Below, one piece after another: positions 57,630 to 64,000 of a stretch of DNA of 64,000 bases (position 1 is the first letter of the stretch; each line of letters opens with the position of its first letter). The stretch comes from Lachnospiraceae bacterium. Lineage in GTDB: Bacteria > Bacillota > Clostridia > Lachnospirales > Lachnospiraceae. The translations under genes and the position numbers were made by a program. The notes under the pieces were generated by a model. That model was not told where the DNA came from, made no database searches, and saw nothing but the letters and a program-made list of their open reading frames with translations. Location: assembly GCA_031554725.1 (NCBI GenBank), contig JAVBUZ010000058.1:410-64409 (forward strand), given 5' to 3'.

Positions 57630-59207
57630 ATGGAAAACAATTTGAAACGTAGCGTAAAAATTATGAATGGGATAAAGAAAAGAGAAGGGCTAATTACAGC
57701 ACTAATTATGTCGCTATTACCTTTATTGTGCTGTATTGTAACCTGCGCACTTGAAGGTAGAGGGATAAAGGATGTCTATCTTCCCGGTTCTGAATGGAAT
57801 GATGAGCTGTTCTATTTCAAGCAAGTGGAGGGAATTATTAATTATGGCTTTCCACAAGGTTTCTTTGGTTTTAATGAAAGCCACGCCTTGAAACTGTCTT
57901 TTGCGGCATGGAGCCCTGTTTTAGTGTGGCCATGGCTTATTTGGGGAGCGGTATTTGGGTGGAATTTGATGTCTCCTATTTATTGCAATATCTTTTTGAT
58001 GATGCTTACGATGTTCTTGTTTGTTTGGTTGGTGAAGCCATCTAAAAAGCAACTAGGAATTTTGGCAATTCTTTTTATAACATTTACACCATTTACACGC
58101 TATATGCTTTCTGGGATGCCAGAGGTAATTTGCTTCTCCATGGTTATCCTAGTTTTAACAGTAGGTATCTGTTACCTAAGAAAGGAACACCTTGGAAAGC
58201 TTGTTTTATTGTTTGTTATGACATCAGTGATGACCTTAATGAGACCTTATCTAATTGTGTTTATGCTTTTGCCTATTTACTTAAGCGTTAGAAAAAGCAA
58301 ATGGATTGGAGCGGGTGCTTCGTTAGGTACCATTGTGGTAACAGGAGGCGCCTATGCGGCGATTAAGCACTTTTTAGGAGCAGAATATTTTGCCCCATTA
58401 TTTGATACAACATGGGTGGAAAAGTTTTTGCATGAAGGAATTTTTCAAGGTACAAAATACGTTATTTATCGTTTGTGGACGGTGGGCAAGGTGTTTACGG
58501 GGATGCTACTTGAAGGATTTAAAACAGGACTAGCATCAGGAGCGCTATTTGCTGGCTTCATGCTAGTAATGGCAATTTTGTTTATACAAGCATGGATGAA
58601 TTATAGAAAAAAAGAAAAGAACGCCCTTGTTATTAATTTGTATTTGGCTATTTGCTTTTTCGGGATGTGGATGGCACTACTTTTAATGTATAAGATGACA
58701 GAGGGAAGTAAACATTTGGCAACATTTATTGCAGTGGGTATTTTTGCGATATGCCTTATGGAAACAAGATTTTATAAAAAAATGATTGTTGCCACGGCTG
58801 TTTTTGCCTATTTGTATAGCATTATGGCATTGGATCCTTATGATTATCAAATTCCATTTAGAACCCAAGAGTTAGTAGAAGAGGAAGATACATGGCAGAG
58901 TATATTTGATAGCAATCTGGAGTTTGCTAAGCAGGAGGTCCCCAATTTTGAAAATGTAGTCATTTGGACCTTTAATGATGTGGTGAATGAAAAGTCCTTG
59001 CTTACACCATGGCAATACTTATATATGCTACCAGAAGGATATGGCATTAGCTGCTGTGAAAGAAAATATGTGCTTGAAGAACTGGGAGAGCTAAAGAGTA
59101 AGTATTTGGCAGTGGTTCCTGGCGGCGAAATAGAGACCCTTTGTGTTGAACAAGGCAAAAAAGAAGTTGGACGTAGTGAAGGAATGGTATTATATGAGTT
59201 ACACTAA
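57630..59207 (+). CDS. Polytopic membrane protein, GT-C-like candidate
   Basis: TM1 is followed by LPGSEWNDELFYFKQ. About 11 TM helices and a soluble tail of about 120 aa. Confidence 0.5.
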   Translation: MENNLKRSVKIMNGIKKREGLITALIMSLLPLLCCIVTCALEGRGIKDVYLPGSEWNDELFYFKQVEGIINYGFPQGFFGFNESHALKLSFAAWSPVLVWPWLIWGAVFGWNLMSPIYCNIFLMMLTMFLFVWLVKPSKKQLGILAILFITFTPFTRYMLSGMPEVICFSMVILVLTVGICYLRKEHLGKLVLLFVMTSVMTLMRPYLIVFMLLPIYLSVRKSKWIGAGASLGTIVVTGGAYAAIKHFLGAEYFAPLFDTTWVEKFLHEGIFQGTKYVIYRLWTVGKVFTGMLLEGFKTGLASGALFAGFMLVMAILFIQAWMNYRKKEKNALVINLYLAICFFGMWMALLLMYKMTEGSKHLATFIAVGIFAICLMETRFYKKMIVATAVFAYLYSIMALDPYDYQIPFRTQELVEEEDTWQSIFDSNLEFAKQEVPNFENVVIWTFNDVVNEKSLLTPWQYLYMLPEGYGISCCERKYVLEELGELKSKYLAVVPGGEIETLCVEQGKKEVGRSEGMVLYELH

Positions 59208-60411
59208 ATTTTGGAATAAAAATAAGAATATTGATGTGGCGTTATTTTGCATACTGTTAATTCTGCATACGGTAATTATGTTTATCTTGTTTCAAAGACA
59301 AGTGCTAGGAAGTGAAAGCTATTATCATTCCGATATGAAGGCATATATCTTGGAAATGCAAGGATTGAACACAAAGTATAGTTTCCCCTATCCTATCTTC
59401 TTTAAGCTAGGAGCACTATTTCATTTGTTCGTTAGTAGTCCAGAGCTTAGTATTGCTCTTGCGGCGACAGTGCTAAATGCTTTTAGTCCGATATTTTTAA
59501 AGTATTATATGGATAAAACCTTAAGTCAGTATGAAAAAGAAAAACTATGGGTGAGTTTATTAACAACTGTAGTGATATTTTCTATATTTTTTGTATCTAT
59601 GGTATATATACCTGGTGGAAGATTTCTTCCGGGACTGCGATTCAGATATGTAGGTATTTTTTCGCCGAATCCTTTTCATAATGCAACTTATATGGCAACT
59701 AGGCCATTCTCAATTGTGTGCTTTTTTGTATTTGCCAAGATTTTGCTAGAATATGAGAAGAAGATAAACTGGAAAGACAATATTGTATTTGCCGTATTTC
59801 TACTACTAACGACGATGACAAAGCCGAGCTTTACCTTTGTATTAGTGCCAGCGGCGGGCCTTATTATGTTATATCGTTTGATTAGAAGTCGTTTCTCAAA
59901 TTTTGTACCAACAATCCAGCTAGGTATTTGTTTTATCCCTACTTTTTGTGCCCTATTGTATCAATTTTTTGGTGTGTTTGGCCCTATAGAAGAGGGTGAA
60001 AGTGGGATTGGCTTTGGTATAGCAACAGCGTGGAAGCTGTATAGCAGTAATATACTCTTTTCGGTATTATTGGCAGCAGCATTTCCAATTGCGGTATTTG
60101 TTTTTAACTATAAAGAGGTAAAAAAGGAAGGCTTTTATCGCTTTTCGCTACAATTATTTTTGATGAGTTTCGCACAGGTCTTTTTCTTGTATGAAAAGGG
60201 ATTTAGGTTGCCAGACATGAATTTTTCTTGGGGATATATGCATGGAATATTTTTTGCCTTTGTAGCATCGTTGTTGATACTTATAAAAAACACATATTTG
60301 AAAAATCAAAAGCCTTGGATTTTAGGTGTACAATGGCTGGCTTATTTGGGGCATTTTGTACTTGGAATTTTATATTTTAGCGGCATTTTTATGGGTGGTT
60401 CCTACTACTAA
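59194..60411 (+). CDS. Polytopic membrane protein, unknown family
   Basis: About 11 TM helices, with GSESYYHSDMKAY after TM1. The ATG at 59194 (MSYTKFW) overlaps the upstream stop by 14 nt. The listed start at 59143 is probably too early. Confidence 0.5.
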   Translation: MSYTKFWNKNKNIDVALFCILLILHTVIMFILFQRQVLGSESYYHSDMKAYILEMQGLNTKYSFPYPIFFKLGALFHLFVSSPELSIALAATVLNAFSPIFLKYYMDKTLSQYEKEKLWVSLLTTVVIFSIFFVSMVYIPGGRFLPGLRFRYVGIFSPNPFHNATYMATRPFSIVCFFVFAKILLEYEKKINWKDNIVFAVFLLLTTMTKPSFTFVLVPAAGLIMLYRLIRSRFSNFVPTIQLGICFIPTFCALLYQFFGVFGPIEEGESGIGFGIATAWKLYSSNILFSVLLAAAFPIAVFVFNYKEVKKEGFYRFSLQLFLMSFAQVFFLYEKGFRLPDMNFSWGYMHGIFFAFVASLLILIKNTYLKNQKPWILGVQWLAYLGHFVLGILYFSGIFMGGSYY

Positions 60412-60427
60412 GATAAAGAAAATAAAA

Positions 60428-60459
60428 ATAGAAAGAGAAAATTCTCTTTCTATTTTTTG
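60428..60459. terminator. Bidirectional rho-independent terminator between convergent genes
   Basis: ATAGAAAGAG ... CTCTTTCTAT, a 10-bp stem, followed by T6 on the + strand. It is preceded by an A-rich run, which is a T-run on the - strand. Confidence 0.8.
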
Positions 60460-60461
60460 TT

Positions 60462-61661
60462 CTAGCGTTCTATTTTGTAGTATGCAATAATTTTTTTGAC
60501 AGCTTGGATAACATCAGAAACATCTTCATCAGTTAAGGAATAGAAAAGAGGAAGACTCATAGATTCTTCGTAATACTTTTCCGCATTTGGTGCAATTCCA
60601 TGCTTATAACCTAGATGCTCATAGTGTGGATGATGGTACACGGGAATGTAATGTACCTGTGTGAGAATATTTTCAGCTCGTAATGCTTCGAAAAACTCTC
60701 TTCTTGTACAAGTAAGCATATCCAGGTGTAGGCGTAGAATATATAAATGTCTAGTAGTATCTGATTCGGCAATCTCTTTTTGTACTTGGATTTCCGGTAT
60801 CAAAGAAAAGGCATCATCATACAGCTTAACAACTTCTTTTCTACGTTTTGAAAAGGCTGGAAGCTTATCGAGCTGGGTTATAAGTAAGGCCGCTTGAATA
60901 TCTGTGAGGCGATAATTATAGCCTAAGGTTATTTGCTCATGATACCAAGGCCCTGCCACAGTATGCTCCATCTGTGTGGCGTCATGGGTGATTCCGTGAG
61001 TACGATAAAGAGATAGCTTCTTGTAAAGATCTTCATCATTGGTGGTAACAGCTCCGCCCTCTCCCGAAGTAACAGTTTTTACTGGGTGAAAACTAAAACA
61101 GGTCATATCGGCAATACTACCAACAGGCTGACCTTTATATTTGGTTCCTATGGCGTGAGCAGAATCTTCAATAAGAATGAGGTTGTGTTCCTTGCATATG
61201 GAACGGATTTCATCTAATTCCACAGCCTGACCAGTAAAATCAACGGCTACCACAGCCTTTGTTTTGGGCGTAATGCACTTTAGAATGGAAGCGGGATCAA
61301 TATTATAGGTTTCAGGGTTAATATCGGCAAAAACAGGAGTGCCACCACAGTAAAGTACGCAGTTGGCAGAGGCGGCAAAGGTAATAGGACTAACAATAAC
61401 CTCATCACCCTCAGAAATACCAGCAGCCATAGCAGCAATATGAAGGGCGGCGGTGCCATTGCTTACAGCAACCGCATATTTGGCGCCGGTTACGCTACAA
61501 AGCTTGTCTTCTAACTCTTTTATTTTGGGTCCGCAGGTTAGGCAGTCGCTTTTTAAAGTAGCTACAACGGCTTCAATGTCTGCGTCGTCTATATATTGTT
61601 TTCCATAAGATATTGGATTTTTTCGTGTAGGGTTTCCGCCAAAAATGGCTAGTTTTTCCAT
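60462..61661 (-). CDS. pseC: PseC-family aminotransferase (UDP-4-amino-4,6-dideoxy-N-acetyl-beta-L-altrosamine transaminase-like)
   Basis: ISYGKQYIDDADIEAVVATLKSDCLTCGP, FSFHPVKTVTSGEGGAVTTND, RTHGIT, LGYNYRLTDIQAAL. Confidence 0.7.
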   Translation of the reverse strand: MEKLAIFGGNPTRKNPISYGKQYIDDADIEAVVATLKSDCLTCGPKIKELEDKLCSVTGAKYAVAVSNGTAALHIAAMAAGISEGDEVIVSPITFAASANCVLYCGGTPVFADINPETYNIDPASILKCITPKTKAVVAVDFTGQAVELDEIRSICKEHNLILIEDSAHAIGTKYKGQPVGSIADMTCFSFHPVKTVTSGEGGAVTTNDEDLYKKLSLYRTHGITHDATQMEHTVAGPWYHEQITLGYNYRLTDIQAALLITQLDKLPAFSKRRKEVVKLYDDAFSLIPEIQVQKEIAESDTTRHLYILRLHLDMLTCTRREFFEALRAENILTQVHYIPVYHHPHYEHLGYKHGIAPNAEKYYEESMSLPLFYSLTDEDVSDVIQAVKKIIAYYKIER

Positions 61662-61736
61662 ATGATTTAAGTGCTCCTTTCAAAATATAGCAATGTAACA
61701 ATCATTATAGCACCGAAGTGAAAAAAGGGAAAGCGT

Positions 61737-61765
61737 TTGTCTTTTTAGAAGAGTGATGTTATAAT
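61737..61765 (+). promoter_or_regulatory. Putative sigma-A promoter with extended -10
   Basis: -35 TTGTCT (61737-61742), a 17-nt spacer ending in TGT, then -10 TATAAT (61760-61765). Confidence 0.5.
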
Positions 61766-61798
61766 AAAAAGATTAAAAATGGAGGCACTTTATCTAAA

Positions 61799-62869
61799 AT
61801 GAAAGAAAGAATCTACGTTTGTCATACTTATTATCACGTATATGTAAGCTTTCTGAAGGAACTTAACTTGCCTAAGGGTAAGCGTGGACAGGCCACTTTA
61901 GTTTTAAGTAAAATGTCTATTGATTTTGAAAAGCTGAATGAAAGAGTAGAAGCTACAGGTTTATTTGAAAAGGTAGTTTTTTTCGATGAAAAGAGAGACA
62001 CTTATTTTCCAGAACTAGCAAAGTATAAAAAAGACAGAGGAAATATTCTATTAAACATGTGGAATAGAATTCTTTTTACAAGAAAGTATGCCGCCCTTGA
62101 GGAAGAGTTTCTTCCTGTTGACTTTAAAGAATATAAAGATATATATGTGTTTTGTGATTCAGACCCGATTGGTTATTATTTGAATCAAAATAAAATTTTC
62201 TATCATGCCCTAGAGGACGGACTTAACTGCTTGAAAAACTATGATGCAGCAAGATACGATAATCGTGGTATGTTTGGTTTTAAAGCGTTTATGTCTGAGA
62301 AGCTTAATTTGATTTTTATTCAAAATGGCTACGGCAAATATTGCTTGGATATGGAAGTAAATGATATTTCCGTATTAAAGTATCCCTACAAAAAATATGT
62401 CCAGGTTCCAAGACAGGAACTAGTGGATAAGCTAACGCAAGCGGATAAGGATATTATATTACAGGCATTTATAAGAGATATTGATGGACTAAAAGAGCAA
62501 TTAAATGAAAGCAGCAGTATTGGGGATAAAATTCTTATTTTAACAGATCCGCTGTGTACATTGGATATTAGAGAGCAAATTTTTAGAGACATTATTACAA
62601 CCTATGAAAAAGAAGGAACTATATTTATAAAGCAGCACCCCCGAGATGAATTAAATTATCGCGAGCTGTTTTCCCAGTATCCACAATTTGATGCTACGGT
62701 ACCCATGGAAATGCTTAACTTTTTCCCAGGTATTCATTTTAAAAAAGCAGTGGCAGTTTTGACAGAAACAAAAGCAATTCAATTTGCTGATGAGGTGGTA
62801 CGCTTAGGGGGAGATTTCATGGATAAGTATGAGAATCCTATGGTGCATAGGCAAAATGAGCAGATATAA
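61799..62869 (+). CDS. GT52-like glycosyltransferase carrying both bacterial sialyltransferase short motifs (candidate nonulosonic-acid transferase)
   Basis: N-terminal RIYVCHTYYHVYVS, an E-D-G motif at 62213-62221 (ALEDGL), and an H-P motif at 62636-62641 (IKQHPRDE). Confidence 0.5.
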   Translation: MKERIYVCHTYYHVYVSFLKELNLPKGKRGQATLVLSKMSIDFEKLNERVEATGLFEKVVFFDEKRDTYFPELAKYKKDRGNILLNMWNRILFTRKYAALEEEFLPVDFKEYKDIYVFCDSDPIGYYLNQNKIFYHALEDGLNCLKNYDAARYDNRGMFGFKAFMSEKLNLIFIQNGYGKYCLDMEVNDISVLKYPYKKYVQVPRQELVDKLTQADKDIILQAFIRDIDGLKEQLNESSSIGDKILILTDPLCTLDIREQIFRDIITTYEKEGTIFIKQHPRDELNYRELFSQYPQFDATVPMEMLNFFPGIHFKKAVAVLTETKAIQFADEVVRLGGDFMDKYENPMVHRQNEQI

Positions 62870-62893
62870 GGGTTATAACAGAATGGAGCTAAA

Positions 62894-64000
62894 ATGGTTA
62901 AGATATTAAAGAAGCTAAATGTTTTATTAGATAAAAAACAAAAAATAGCTATGGCATGGCAGATTGTACTTATGGTTATTGGAGCGGCATTACAAACGGC
63001 TGGTATCAGCCTACTTGTTAATGTTGTGAACACAGTTATGCAAGCTGATGTGCTGGAAAGTAATAAAGAGGTTGCCTGGATATACAAGCTGTTAGGAATG
63101 AAATCCATGCAGCAATTTACGATTGTTATTATGTTAGCATTAATAGTTATCTTTATTGTTAAAAATATATTCTTATATTATCAGCAGAAGGTGATGTATG
63201 CGTTTGTTTACAAGAATCAATTTAAAACCTCAGAACGTATGATGAGGAACTATTTGCGCAGAGGATATGAATTTTATCTAAATGCAGACACTGCAGTGGT
63301 TCAAAGAAGCATTACTTCAGATGTTAATAATATGTATGCTTTAATATTGGCGCTTCTACAGCTAGCATCAGATGGAATCGTATTTGTATTTTTGGTGGTT
63401 TATCTTTTGTTAAAGGATGTGGGCATGACCATTTTATTGGCTACCGTATTAATTCTTCTTTTGCTCATTATTAAAAGAGTGTTAAAGCCTATTATGTATA
63501 CCGCCGGAGAAAATAATCAACACTATTATAGTGGCTTGTTTAAGTGGATATCTCAAACTGTGCAGGGAATAAAAGAAGTAAAAATAGCGGGAAAAGAAAA
63601 CTACTTTATTTCTGAATATGTAAAATGTGGAAAGGGCTATGTTGATTCTGTACAAAAATATAGCTTATACAATAATATCCCCAAGCTTTTGATTGAATCT
63701 GTGTGTGTTATTTGTATGATTGGTTATATGATGTTTATGCTTTTTAATGGTGCAGATGGAGATGCTATTACGAATACAATTACTGCATTTGCGGCAGCCT
63801 CCTTGGTGCTTTTGCCATGCGTTAATCGTGTAAACAATCAAATCAATTCCATGGCATATTTTGAACCGTTTTTTATGGGGGTTAGCGACAATCTTCAAGA
63901 CGAGATTAGTGGCAAAAATATCGATATGGCTTTTGCTACCGAGGCAGACAAAAAGCTTCCTATAGTTAAGTCCATAAAGCTAGAGGATATAACCTATGCA
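62894..64000 (+). CDS. Fused TMD-NBD ABC exporter (MsbA/PglK-like), 3' end outside the window
   Basis: This ORF is not in the supplied track. I read it open from the ATG at 62894 to the window end. It has six hydrophobic helices, and the start of the NBD (IKLEDITYA) is at the edge. Confidence 0.7.
   Translation, partial: MVKILKKLNVLLDKKQKIAMAWQIVLMVIGAALQTAGISLLVNVVNTVMQADVLESNKEVAWIYKLLGMKSMQQFTIVIMLALIVIFIVKNIFLYYQQKVMYAFVYKNQFKTSERMMRNYLRRGYEFYLNADTAVVQRSITSDVNNMYALILALLQLASDGIVFVFLVVYLLLKDVGMTILLATVLILLLLIIKRVLKPIMYTAGENNQHYYSGLFKWISQTVQGIKEVKIAGKENYFISEYVKCGKGYVDSVQKYSLYNNIPKLLIESVCVICMIGYMMFMLFNGADGDAITNTITAFAAASLVLLPCVNRVNNQINSMAYFEPFFMGVSDNLQDEISGKNIDMAFATEADKKLPIVKSIKLEDITYA

Larger units (their letters stand above)
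8972..64000 (+). other. Cell-envelope glycan biosynthesis super-locus (extends past the window end)
   Basis: This is a continuous run of sugar-nucleotide, glycosyltransferase, polymerase-like and polytopic membrane protein genes. Only one gene in it (60462-61661) is on the - strand. Confidence 0.85.

Noticed and set aside
667-59158. There are many 60-150 aa ORFs antisense to, or out of frame with, large genes. Examples are 667-873(-), 4849-5286(-), 11625-11969(-), 27895-28356(-), 45796-46110(-), 52055-52438(-) and 58847-59158(-).
   Set aside because: Each lies wholly inside a strongly supported gene on the other strand or in another frame. They have no ribosome-binding site or family motif, and their composition is typical of shadow ORFs in AT-rich DNA.
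1-64000. I looked for CRISPR arrays, tRNA or rRNA genes, prophage or transposon genes, toxin-antitoxin pairs and known defence-system genes.
   Set aside because: I found no repeat-spacer periodicity; the only tandem repeats have two copies of 18-21 nt inside CDSs. I saw no cloverleaf-like or rRNA-like segments in the short intergenic gaps, and no integrase, transposase, nuclease or helicase-type ORFs.

Overview
By gene content and AT-rich codon usage, this window looks like a low-GC Firmicute chromosome, probably Clostridia or Lachnospiraceae-like; that taxonomy is inference only. I saw no rRNA, tRNA, CRISPR array, transposase, integrase or phage gene.

Nt 1-8900 is ordinary housekeeping. It holds the conserved cdaA-cdaR-glmM operon, an HPr-like gene and a monocistronic long-form leuA. 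On the minus strand sit a DUF3048 (YerB-like) lipoprotein, a divergent-PAP2 protein and an AraC regulator.

From about 8.9 kb to the window end, about 55 kb, the sequence is one very large cell-envelope glycan locus. It is almost entirely on the + strand, with tiny gaps or overlapping stop/start codons. Its contents are:
- GDP-L-fucose supply by two routes: de novo (gmd, fcl) and salvage (bifunctional fkp).
- A classical Wzy-type block: GT2 and GT4 transferases, one large and one small phosphoglycosyltransferase, an EpsG-type polymerase, and a Wzz-like protein whose kinase-like tail lacks a P-loop.
- A CapD/PglF-like dehydratase and a GH5 lipoprotein.
- Amino-sugar enzymes: WecE-like, DegT-like, PseB, PseC-like and a GNAT.
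- Separately encoded AT3 acyltransferase and SGNH hydrolase genes.
- Six GtrB/ArnC/DPM1-like polyprenyl-phosphate glycosyltransferase genes, interleaved with about eleven large polytopic membrane proteins of no recognisable family. Several of these carry a GT-C-like acidic motif just after TM1.
- No GtrA or Wzx flippase anywhere in the window.

Three further items stand out. A receiver-less Spo0A DNA-binding-domain protein sits inside the locus as its own transcription unit, with a perfect 0A-box heptamer upstream. A GT52-like protein carries both sialyltransferase short motifs (EDG and HP). A PglK-like ABC exporter runs off the 3' edge.

All functional calls come from reading the translations and recalling family motifs. 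No searches were run.
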